Source: Octopus sinensis
Taxonomy: Eukaryota
DNA length: 30,824 nucleotides
Assembly (NCBI RefSeq): GCF_006345805.1
Contig: NW_021833133.1
Location: 1 to 30,824, forward strand
Direction: 5' to 3'
Below the pieces are notes generated by a model. That model was not told the origin of the DNA. It made no database searches and worked only from the letters and a program-made list of their open reading frames with translations. A program made the position numbers and the translations under genes. Shown here piece after piece: positions 11,558 through 21,831 of the stretch (its first letter is position 1; each line of letters begins with the position of its first letter).

Positions 11558-11957
11558 TTATGTTTTTGTTATGTATTTGTCTGAATATTTTTTTATCATG
11601 CCTAATGCACCTACTATGATAGGAATTGTTTCTATTTTTAGATTCCACATTCGAGTTACCACTATTTCAAAATCTTTTATATTTTGAAAGTTTCTCCATT
11701 TCTTTTAGAGAAACATTGTCATCTGTTGGTATTGATACATCGATTAGATAGTATTTTTTTCTTGGTAATCTCTGACAACTATATCCGGCATGTTGGTCTT
11801 AATTTCTTTATATGTGTGTAATTGGCACATCCCAGTGTGTGGTTGCTTTCTCATTTTCTGTGACCTTTACTGGCGTGCGCCTAAACCATTTCTTGTCTGT
11901 TGTTATTCTATAGTGTTGTCATAGCTTCCAGTGTATATAGGTCACACCTCTGTCGTG
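11558..11957 (-). mobile_element. Inverted fragment of the same R4/Dong family (RLE region)
   Basis: Reverse complement aligns to ~10982-11360: HDRGVTYIHWKL, KEIKTNMPDIVVRD, YLIDVSIPTDDNVSLKE, MWNLK. Confidence 0.88.
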
Positions 11958-11960
11958 ACT

Positions 11961-12100
11961 GATAATAATAGAATAATAATAATAATAATAATAATAATAT
12001 AATAATAATAATATAATAATAATAATAATAATGATAATAATAATAATAATAAATAATATAATAATATATAATAATTTATTTTATTATTATTATTAATATT
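11961..12100. repeat. (AAT)n switching to (TTA)n
   Basis: Read directly from sequence. Confidence 0.9.
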
Positions 12101-12103
12101 AAT

Positions 12104-12304
12104 GCGGCTTGCAGAATCGTTAGCAAAGCCGAACAAAATGCTTAGCGGCATTTCATATCATTATGATCTGAGTTCAAATACCGATGGGGTCGACTTTGCC
12201 TTTAATCCTTTTGGGGTCGCTAAAATGAGTACCATTTCAGTGTTGGAGGCGGGGTCAATGTAATCGCCCCACAACACTGGTGGCCCAGGCCCAAAATTCG
12301 AAAC
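12104..12304 (+). mobile_element. OK-like SINE, tail-B type
   Basis: GCAGAATCGTTAGC head, GAGTTCAAAT, GTCGACTTTGCCTTT..AAAATGAGTACC. Confidence 0.82.
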
Positions 12305-12542
<238 letters not shown>

Positions 12543-13224
12543 GAATCTAATTTACATATATTAAAATATAATCCATATTGATATATGTTTAAAAAATATT
12601 AATTTACATAAGTTTCAGAATACAATTACATTACATTAACAAAACATGAACGAAGATAATTTTCTGCATGTGATATGATTCAGCTTGTTTATTAATGATT
12701 CAAGCCGTAATTAACATATGTAATTTAGCAAAATATAACGAACGTGTAATATCTCAGAGAACACCAAGAACGCTCACGTGATATGTAGTTGTGAAATTAA
12801 CAATGAGAACATAATTACGGATAAGTTAACATCTCTTATTTCACAATCTCGTTAATTTTAGAATAATTTCAGAATACAATGTAGGTTGTACATCATTATA
12901 GTTATTGGAGTTTGTTGTTGTCGTTGTTGTTGTTGTTGATGATGATGATGTTTAACGTCTTATGAATCCTGATCGACAAGTATCTTATTCAAAGACGTTC
13001 CTTTTAAGCCCATCCCAACTGTTTGCGTATTACCGACTACAAAGTCCAATGTACCGCTATTTCTTTTTTAAATTTAAAATAAAATAGTGGTGGTATATGA
13101 AAGAAACATACTGCTATTTTTAGCTGGACGAGAGCAGATTTGATTGAAGAATTTCGTAAAGAGTAACAGAAAATAATCAAAGTGCTACAGTTTCCATTAG
13201 AAAATATTCTAAAATGGCTTACGT

Positions 13225-13291
13225 GCGCAGAAATGGCTGTGTGGTGAGTAGCTTGCTTCCCAAGCACATGGTTCCTGGTTCAGTCCCACTG
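13225..13291 (+). mobile_element. 5' head fragment of the third SINE family (cf. 28184)
   Basis: TGGCTGTGTGGTGAGTAGCTTGCTT..CACATGGTTCC..TTCAGTCCCA matches the start of the 28184 element. Confidence 0.75.
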
Positions 13292-13527
13292 AACACACAC
13301 ATACACACACATTTCCACTCCTGTATACAGAATATCTCGCCACATCCGAGTGCCATCTGCTAATGCTAGAAAAAGCTAAACTAAAATCGTAGATACAGAA
13401 TTCCTTTAACGTAATAACATTAACGAACGGCGGGCAGTGACGGACCGATGGCGGGCAGTGGCGGACCGTGGAGGGCCGTTGCGTGGGGTTTACGAGTTGT
13501 GGTGATTGACGGTGTGTGGATGTGTGC

Positions 13528-13890
13528 AGTGGTGGTGGTGGTGGTGGTGGTGGTGGTTGTGGTGGGGGTTGATGGAAAAATTTCCAGATAATTCTTTCGC
13601 TTTGAATTCTATGGAATCGGTTCGTTTGACATATTGAATTATTTGCTGAGTCAAGATTACATTTGCTCTGACGGCCAATGATTGATTACATCCACCTAGC
13701 ATTCCTTGTTGCTGTTGCTGTTGCTGGTGGTGATGATTGTGATTGTGATGGTGGTGGCGGTGGAGGCGGCGGCGATGGTAGTGGTGATAGCCGTAGTGTT
13801 GATGGTTGCAGTTTTGGTGGTATGGGTGATAATCCTGATGATATCGTTGCTGCTATTGTTGATGATGATATCAATGATGATGAGGCTGCT
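13528..13890. repeat. (GGT)n and GAT/GGT/GTT low-complexity tracts around a short unique core
   Basis: Read directly from sequence. Confidence 0.8.
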
Positions 13891-14680
13891 GTTTGTTCTT
13901 CTCATCTTCTTTATATTGATATATACATTTTCATGATTTTCCTCTGTGTGTTTATGTAGTATATATATGAAACATATTATACATACACGCACAGACATAC
14001 ACACATGCGCGCGTACATACACAATACCGTATATTGTACACAGATACAGAAAGTATGTTTTGCTAGTTCGTGTGTAGGCTGCGCCTATAGGCGTCAGAGA
14101 ATATATTCTTGTCAATGCGCCTAGTGTTAAAACACCACGATGTCATAGATAAGCGAGATAACTCGAAAAACCGTTTTTGTTAGTACTTGGCGAGTAAAAA
14201 TTCAATTTTTGCAAGTGTTTACGAACTTTTGGGACAACCTAATATTAAAGCGAGCGGGCTAATTCTATAAACGAAACCTACCCTTAATAAAAAAAAGGAG
14301 CATTGCAAAGGAACTGCTTCGCACTTTCTCTATTCCTGGTCTAGGTTATTCTAACACTTTTTACCATATATGTAGAACCATATTGAATATAAAAACACGT
14401 GCCATAATGCAAACACAGATGAATTAATAAACTGCAGAGATCCCAACACAGAAAGAGCCAAAAATAAGGTTAAAAAAGGAATATTAGAGATATGTTAGAT
14501 AAATGCATATACCAAAGTTAATGCCAAATATAAATTAATTGGAATCAATCCCCAATCTGTTGTAGGAATTTGTTAGAGTTCTATTAATCTCAGCTGGAAG
14601 CTAACTGAATTAGTAAAGAAATTGATTAAATAGAAAAACAATTAAAATAATGACTGCTTTTAGAATTCCTTACTGAAACA

Positions 14681-14770
14681 CAGAGAGAGAGGGGTAGAGG
14701 GAGAGAGAGAGAGGGGGGAGAAAGGGGGAAGAAGGACAGAGGGAGATAGAGAGAGAAGGAGAGAGAGAAA
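14681..14770. repeat. (GA)-rich purine tract
   Basis: Read directly from sequence. Confidence 0.9.
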
Positions 14771-14964
14771 ATTATATTTATCCATTATATAGGAGCGGTT
14801 GGGATCTTCAGCAAAAGAACATTATTATAAACTATCTACTACAGGACTACAAAAATATCTAGCAAGTAATAACGGGAAACTAGTGCAGATTAGTACAATT
14901 CATTTTAGGTTGTAAAATAAATAAGTTTTATTTCGAGTCCTATGTCTAGTAGGACGTGTTATAC

Positions 14965-15145
14965 GGTTACCTTGGGTAAGTATAAGTGACCGAAATCAGA
15001 ACTTTCCCCTTGAACGGGATGCAGGGTTACTCATTTACGGTTGCGTGGCCTGGAGTAAAGTGAAACAGAGGTATTTTTATCAATGACACTACGCACTACC
15101 CAGTAGAGTATCGAAATCCCGATTTTGCTATCGTGAGTGGTGCGA
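14965..15145 (-). mobile_element. Old, diverged SINE related to the 3272 family
   Basis: CTGGAGTAAAGTGAAA..TCGAAA similar to the 3410-3480 block. Confidence 0.55.
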
Positions 15146-15280
15146 CACCTTACATTCAAAATTACGCTCCTTCACATTTTGCACGACACTTTTTCACATC
15201 TAAGGGGAAGTGCTTTCACATTTTCGGCGGTGCTTTTTCACATGCTACAGGGTGTACCGCAAAGACCTCCCGAGTATTTA

Positions 15281-15962
15281 AAGAAGAAGAAGAAGAAGAA
15301 GAAGAAGAAGAAGAAGAAGAAGAAAAGAAGAAGAAGAAGAAGAAGAAGAAGAAAAAGAAGAAGTGGAAGAAAAAGAAGAAGAAGAAGAAGAAGAAGAAGA
15401 CGAAGAAAAAGAAGAAGCAGAAGAAGAAGTGGAAGAAAAAGAAGAAGAAGAGGAAGTGGAAGAAAAAGAAGAAAAAGAAGAAGAAGAAGAGGAAGTGGAA
15501 GTGGAAGTGGAAGTGAAGAAGAAGAAGAAGAAGAAGAAGAAGAAGAAGAAAAAGAAGAAGAAGAAAAGAAGAAGAAGTAGAAGAAGAAGAGGTGGTGGAA
15601 GAAAAAGAAGAAGAAGAAGAAGAGGAAGTGGAAGAAAAAGAACAAGAAGAAGAAGAGGAAGTGGAAGTGGAAGAAGACGAAGAAGAAGAAGAGGAAGTGG
15701 AAGTGGAAGTGGAAGAAGACGAAGAAGAAGAAGAAGAAGAAGAAGAAGAAGAAGAAAAAGAAAAAGAAAAAAGAAAAAGAAAAAGAAGAAAAGAAGAAGA
15801 AGTAAAGAAGAGAGAAGAAGAGGAAGTGGAAGAAAAGAAGAAGAAAGAAGAGAAGAAGAATAAGATAGAAGAAGAAGAAAGAAAGAGAGAAGAAGAAGAA
15901 GAAGAAGAAAAAGAAGAAGAATAAGAAGAAGGAGAAGAAGAAGAAGAAGAAGAGAAGAAGAA
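15281..15962. repeat. ~680 bp polypurine (GAA)n tract with GAAGTG/GAG variants
   Basis: Read directly; explains poly-E/K/R/F ORFs. Confidence 0.97.
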
Positions 15963-16105
15963 ATAGTGAATGAGGAATGATATACTGGACCGATATGATT
16001 CTTACATCTTTACCGATTACACTACAACATGACACAATTAATATAGAGGTAGCAGTAAGCAAAAAATAGATGACATGTATATGTGTGTGTGTGTGTATGT
16101 CAATA

Positions 16106-16312
16106 TACGAGGGGATGCTGTAAAGTTCTTCAATTTAAGGGTTTCGCGAAAGGCCTGGTTGGAGGCACAACCTTCAGGTTCTTTTACAGGGCGTGGAAAA
16201 AACTGAAGGACCGCTGCAATAAATGTGTGAATCTGAGTGAGGAATATGTTGAATAAAATCATAATTAATTTTCTTTTGCTCAAAGTCAGGAACTTTTCAG
16301 TACAACAGCCTT
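16106..16312 (+). mobile_element. Mariner-derived MITE
   Basis: Begins TACGAGGGGATGCTGTAAAGTTC; degenerate inverted end GGAACTTTTCAGTAC; related copy at 21650. Confidence 0.72.
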
Positions 16313-16426
16313 GTGTGTGTGTGTGTGTGTGTGTGTATAAGTGTGTTTGTGTGTGTGTGTGTGAGTGTGTGTAAGTGTGTGTGTAAGTGTGTGTGTGTAA
16401 GTGTGTGTGAATGTGTGTGTGTGTGA

Positions 16427-16464
<38 letters not shown>

Positions 16465-16466
16465 TG

Positions 16467-16510
<44 letters not shown>

Positions 16511-16524
16511 CGTGCGTGTGCGTT
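16313..16524. repeat. (GT)n microsatellite
   Basis: Read directly from sequence. Confidence 0.95.
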
Positions 16525-16949
16525 TGTAGATGAAGGAAAAATATTTAGCTGAAGAGATGAAATCTCGTTTGAACACTCAAGAAATTTCTTGACCAAAACA
16601 GCAGAGCTTTCAAAGTGAATCTCAGAAGTAAGACGATATCCGGAACCTATTTTATCTGGTAGAGGTGATGATGGAGAAAGAGAGGAAGAGAAAGAAACAA
16701 AACGAAGGCAAAAAATAAAAAAAGTAAAGAACAAGATATGAATATTGAAGTGAGAGCAATATAAAATGGGAGGGAGAGGGATAAAGTAATCCCACCCGCG
16801 AAACATGTGAATATATATATATATATATGCAAATACACATAAATATATAGACATACGTATTTTACATACATTACATACATATATAATATATATAATATAT
16901 ATATATACACGCACACATACATATATATAAAACATACATATATGTATAC

Positions 16950-17012
<63 letters not shown>

Positions 17013-17014
<2 letters not shown>

Positions 17015-17619
17015 AATAAATATAAGAGAGTGGTCACTATATGGCTCACTCTAGCACCAGTTAATCCAAAAGGTTTCAACCACAAAAATACATGTTTCCC
17101 ATGAAAGTCAGTACGATTGTTAGCTCACACGGACAGGGCAAATAAAAAATAACAAAAATACAGATTATTTTGGGATAATTGTTTCGCTATTAATGAATTA
17201 AATGTAATTTTACTTACAAAAAAATCCACTTGTAGCTCGTCAGCCAAAACTATCTGGATGAAATCCACTCAATCACACGCCAGATTTTACCATAACGATA
17301 AATACACGTGTGGTTCAATTGATACATCCGACGTTATAATTCAAAGCCCCAACTAACAGCGCGCCAAACTTTCACGGAAAAAACAAGACTGCATTTAGAA
17401 ATAAATGTAGCATAATTATAATTAATTAATTAGGGTGGAGAGAATTAGATACTAATTTAATAGTATATCTATTCAACACCAAGTGGCCTAGTGCTCCGAG
17501 AAACCTGGATTATTATAATATTTTATAATATATTATAATATTTTTACAAAATAAATATAAGAGAGTGGTCACTATATGGCTCACTCTAGCACCAGTTAAT
17601 CCAAAAGGTTTCAACCACA

Positions 17620-17624
<5 letters not shown>
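17013..17624 (-). mobile_element. Non-coding Penelope-pLTR/retrozyme-like element (1.14-mer partial tandem) in (TA)n
   Basis: Identical 77 bp direct repeats 17013-17089 and 17548-17624; internal hammerhead; (TA)n on both flanks. Confidence 0.65.
17168..17250 (-). ncRNA. Type-I hammerhead ribozyme motif
   Basis: UUUUGG-CUGACGA-GCUA..UAGC-GAAA-CAAUUA-UC/-CCAAAA: intact core, 6 bp stem I, G-C-closed stem II, minimal stem III. Confidence 0.75.
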
Positions 17625-17650
<26 letters not shown>

Positions 17651-17819
17651 AATATATATATATATGCACATATATAAAATATATATACACATATATAAAA
17701 TGTACATATATATGTGTGTGTATGTGCGTGTGTGTGTTCTTGCTCCACTTACTCCATTTTGAATATATATGTATTTATATAATCATCTATGTATCTATCT
17801 ATGTATCTATGTATCTAAG

Positions 17820-17890
<71 letters not shown>

Positions 17891-17925
17891 ATATCTATCT
17901 ATCTATCTATCTATGTATCTATCTA

Positions 17926-17965
<40 letters not shown>

Positions 17966-18320
17966 ATGTCGAACAGATTTTCTACATCAGTAAATGTATT
18001 TACTGTGAAAAAAAAAAAAATATATATATATATATATTTGTATATGTATGCATATATATGCGTCTATGAGTGTATATATATACATATATGTATATATATT
18101 ATATATATATATTTATATATATACGTATGTATACGCACACATCCCCAAACACGCACACACTCACACACACACACATGAACTGTTGAAAGTATGTATTAAC
18201 ACTCTCGTTTGTGTTCTTTGTTGTAGTATCTATCTCCTTTTCTTTTTATCTTTTTGGTTTTCTTTGTTTCGTGTATGTGTACGCATGTGTGTGTGTGTAT
18301 GTGTGTGTGTGAGTGTGTGT

Positions 18321-18368
<48 letters not shown>
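17625..18368. repeat. Compound (TA)n/(TCTA)n/(TC)n/(CA)n/(GT)n microsatellite field
   Basis: Read directly from sequence. Confidence 0.85.
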
Positions 18369-18370
<2 letters not shown>

Positions 18371-19003
18371 GAATCAAACGATGAAAGGTTGAATAATTTG
18401 AATAACGAAAACACATTCCCCGCACATTTTCTTGACCGTAATCAAAGAAGAAAGAAGAAAAGCGAAGGAAAAAATCTTACCACCCACCACAAAGTAAGCT
18501 TAGATCAGATCTGACGTAATACAGGAAACAGTATAGTGGAAATACATACGTACATACATGTATGTATATACATGTACACAATATGTTTGTGTGTGTGTGT
18601 GTGTATATATATATAGTGTGTATATACATATGTTTAAATATATATATTTATATATGCATTATATGTACATTTGTATTTATCTATAAATGTCTATGTGTAC
18701 GCATTTGAAATCAGCCAGAATTATGAATCTCTTGGAGAATATGAGAAGATACTTAACAAGTTTCTAAGTGCAATGTCGGCGAGCAATTTACGTCTTTTTT
18801 GAAAGATTTTTATTTTTTAATTTTTTTTTTCAAGGAGGTTAATGTTTTCTAGAAAGTATACGAGCACTCTTAGATTTATATCTTTGAAGAAGAAGAATTC
18901 AAAAATGTATGTAATTCTTCGTAGCATTTAGTGAGTTGTTAGATTCAGAGTAAATTTCCAAACCAGAAAAGGCTTGTTCTTATGGTTTTATACATATGTA
19001 TGC

Positions 19004-19058
<55 letters not shown>

Positions 19059-19062
<4 letters not shown>

Positions 19063-19237
19063 AGAGTTCACGAAAAAAAAAAGACGAAGACAGGTGGTGT
19101 ACAAAACAAACAGATATATTAGTATAACGCTCAGGAATTGAAAAAGTCTTTTACGTTTCGAGCCTACGCTCTTCTACAGAAAGGGACACGGAAAAGAAAC
19201 AAGGAGAGAAAAAAAATTTGTGCAGTGGCTACCGATC

Positions 19238-19238
<1 letters not shown>
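19059..19238 (-). mobile_element. Short Penelope-pLTR-like element in (TA)n
   Basis: 180 bp unique block flanked by (TA)n on both sides and carrying a hammerhead-like motif. Confidence 0.55.
19146..19187 (-). ncRNA. Minimal hammerhead-like motif with variant core
   Basis: GUCCCUUU-CUGUAGA-A-GAGC GUAG GCUC-GAAA-CGU-A/-AAAGAC; stems I and II pair, but core position 6 is U rather than A. Confidence 0.55.
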
Positions 19239-19275
<37 letters not shown>

Positions 19276-19316
19276 TATATATATAATATATATATATATA
19301 GATAGATAGATATATA

Positions 19317-20368
19317 CAGGGTGTTCAAAAAATCTCTCCGCAGTGAATTTTTTCATCCTCCATGGGCAGCAGGGTGTCACCCATTGTTCCTCAGTCGTTG
19401 TGTTCCCTTCAGCGTGTCGACATGCTAACCATTGAAGAACGTACATTTTTAGTTGAATGGGTTTTTCGAGCTGGAAACAAATACACAGATACTATGAAAC
19501 AGAAGTTCAATGAAACTTTTTCAAATACTGATGTTCCACATCGTGACACTGTGCAGGATTTGATACAAAAATTTAGAAACACAGGCTCAATGGAAGACGT
19601 GGCATGAACCGGTAGGCATACTGTTCTTTCAGACGAAACACTCGCCAATATTTCTGTTCAACTGTCGGCAAGCCCGTCACAGTCCTTACGCAAAAGGTCA
19701 CAGAAAACGGAAATCAGCCTAGGAAGTGCTCACACGGCAGCAAAAAAGAAATTAAATTTCTTTCTATACAAAGTGTTGGCCGTTCAAGAATTGAAGACCA
19801 CAGATCATGCTAAAAGGATTCATTATTGTCATTGGTTCCAAAACTTTGTTGCCGAAAAATGCAGAGGAGTGCTGGATGGATGTTTTTACACCGATAAGGC
19901 TTGGTTTCATCTGTCGGGACACATAAATTCGCAAAGCACAAGGTTATGGAGCATTGAGAATCCACACGCGACGTATGAGCAACCCGAAAAAGTTGGAGTA
20001 TGGATAGCAATTTCGAGAAAGTGTATTGTGGGACCGACTTTTTTGAAGACAGCATCAACACCGAGAGAAATTTCGCAAAATATTGTCTATCCATTTGTAG
20101 GCCAACTGATTGAGAGTGGAATTAAAAATGCATACTTTCAGCAAGATAGAGCTATATTACATACTTCGTGCATAACCATGGCGTTACTTCAAGAGTTTTT
20201 TGGTGAACGGATTATTTTGAAGGGAGTTTGGCCACCAACATCACCTGATTTAAAACCGCCTAACTTTTTTTTTCTGGGGAGCAAGTAAAGGATCAGTGTA
20301 CAAGAATCGCCCTGAAACCATTAATGAGCCAAAAGACGCAATCATAACCTTCACACGGTCAATAACGC
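19317..20368 (+). mobile_element. 3'-truncated Tc1/mariner element with transposase pseudogene (DUF4817-type)
   Basis: TA-CAGGGTGTTC TIR start; LTIEERTFLVEW, FYTDKAWFHLSGHINSQ, FQQDRA, WPPTSPDL; frameshifts; no 3' TIR seen. Confidence 0.85.
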
Positions 20369-21240
20369 GTGAATACCGGTATGAATCACTCTTCGCTACC
20401 AGCGTTCAGTGGTGATATAAGAGTTTGGTTCGCGCAAATGGAAGCATATTTTGTTGCGAACAACATTAAATCGGAGCAGCAACAGCTGTGGAGGCGCAAT
20501 GGCCCAGTGGTTAGGGCAGCGGACTCGCGGTCAGAGGATCACGGTTTCGATTCCCAGACCGGTAGTTGTGTGTGTTTATTGAGCGAAAGCACCTAAAGCT
20601 CCATGAGGCTCCGGCAGGGGGTGGTGGCGACCCCTGTTGTACTCTTTCGCCCCAAATTTATCTCACTCTTTCTTCCTGTTTCTTGTCTCCGACTTCCTAC
20701 GCGACCGCTGAGCCTGACTGCGCATTCATCTATCCGTCGATGCTCTCAGTGTCGGGGGTTGACCTGCTTTCTCTTCTGCGAGTCTTACGAAGGACCACGT
20801 TTCGGACTTCTCCCATCTTGCCTGTTTTGGGACGATAACCGTTCGCTCAACAGCAGCAACAGCTAAACATTTTGTTATGCGCCATTTATTCTCCCTTCGC
20901 AGTTCATTTGAAAGATCTAATAATGAACACACCTGAAGAGGTTTCATATTTATCTATAAAACATGAAGTCCTCCGTCGGACGTCTCTTATCAGCGGAGAA
21001 ACGATTTCGAAAACTATTTAACGAAGAACACTTGTGTAACAGGACGCCAACCCAACTTCTTCGCAGAATACGTGAACTTACAGAAGGAGCATCTGCAGAC
21101 AATGCAATGCTCAAACAGCTTTTCTTCTTCCGTTTTCCATCAAACGTACAACCCATTCTCGCTCCTAGGACGGAGGTCAGTTCTGTGGACCAGTTGGCTT
21201 CCTATGCCGGCAAGGTATTAGATTATACTGGAGACAGTAT
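20369..21240 (+). pseudogene. Ty3/Gypsy-type gag-like fragment, split by a SINE
   Basis: LPAF..WFAQMEAYF; RTPTQLLRRIREL..LKQLFFFRFPSNVQPILA..DQLASYAGKV, typical of recalled Gypsy Gag N-termini; no LTR or pol seen. Confidence 0.7.
20488..20851 (+). mobile_element. tRNA-derived SINE, fourth family, tail variant 1
   Basis: A box TGGCCCAGTGG, B box GGTTTCGATTCCC; 13 bp TSD AGCAGCAACAGCT (20475-20487, 20852-20864). Confidence 0.88.
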
Positions 21241-21384
21241 TGCTACCACACATGCCCGGTTACCTATTAAAACTGAAAGTATTATCTCACATTACAACAG
21301 GGATGTTATTGTTTCACTTTTGACAGGTAATACTGAAATAGTGTAAAAGATAAGAGATTGCTCCGGGTTCGCATTAAGCAAGAA

Positions 21385-21518
21385 GTTGACACTTGTTTTG
21401 GCCCATGACACTGCATAGACCCTAAGTAAGCCATGTGTAAAATTTTAATGAAATTGGTTGAGTCGTTCTCGAGTTCAAATAAACTGACAGACACATTCTA
21501 AGTTTTTTTATAAGTAGA
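21385..21518 (-). mobile_element. Helitron-like non-autonomous 5' end fragment
   Basis: Minus strand starts TCTACTTATAAAAAAC..GTGTCTGTC..AACTCGAGAACGACTCAACCAATTTC, resembling recalled invertebrate Helitron 5' ends; no 3' hairpin-CTRR seen. Confidence 0.45.
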
Positions 21519-21535
21519 TACATATATATTATATA

Positions 21536-21581
<46 letters not shown>

Positions 21582-21602
21582 ATATTACATGCATACATAC
21601 AT

Positions 21603-21635
<33 letters not shown>

Positions 21636-21649
21636 TATATTTATATATA

Positions 21650-21812
21650 TGGTTGGAGACACAAACTTTAGAATTCTTTTAGAGGCCTTAGAAAAACTGA
21701 AAGTGCTCTGCAATAAGTGAATGAATCTCAGAGGAGAATAAGTTGGATGAAATTAGAATAAACTGATCTTTCTGTACTTTCTTTTACGCAAAGCCAAGAA
21801 CATTTAAGAACA
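21650..21812 (+). mobile_element. Partial copy of the 16106 mariner-derived MITE
   Basis: TGGTTGGAG..AGAAAAACTGAA..CTGCAATAAGTG..CAAAGCCAAGAAC aligns to 16170-16300. Confidence 0.7.
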
Positions 21813-21831
21813 TGCATGTACATATGTATGT

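Noticed and set aside
13590-13610. FKAKE peptide and 15 bp similarity with 493-509
   Set aside because: Match too short and flanks do not align; consistent with chance
14085-14420. Palindrome GCGCCTATAGGCG and possible MITE
   Set aside because: No matching second terminus or TSD found
15133-16062. Poly-E/K/R/F ORFs up to 274 aa
   Set aside because: Read-through of the (GAA)n tract in several frames
16530-16640. Possible mariner C-terminal remnant
   Set aside because: Similarity too weak to support
20488-20570. tRNA-like sequences at SINE heads (also 3470-3530, 22060-22130, 28184)
   Set aside because: Followed by SINE bodies and bounded by TSDs; no complete cloverleaf, so not tRNA genes
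20770-20825. GGA-GAAG-UCC-GAAACG on the minus strand, in the SINE tail
   Set aside because: No CUGANGA and no stem I pairing; at most a remnant
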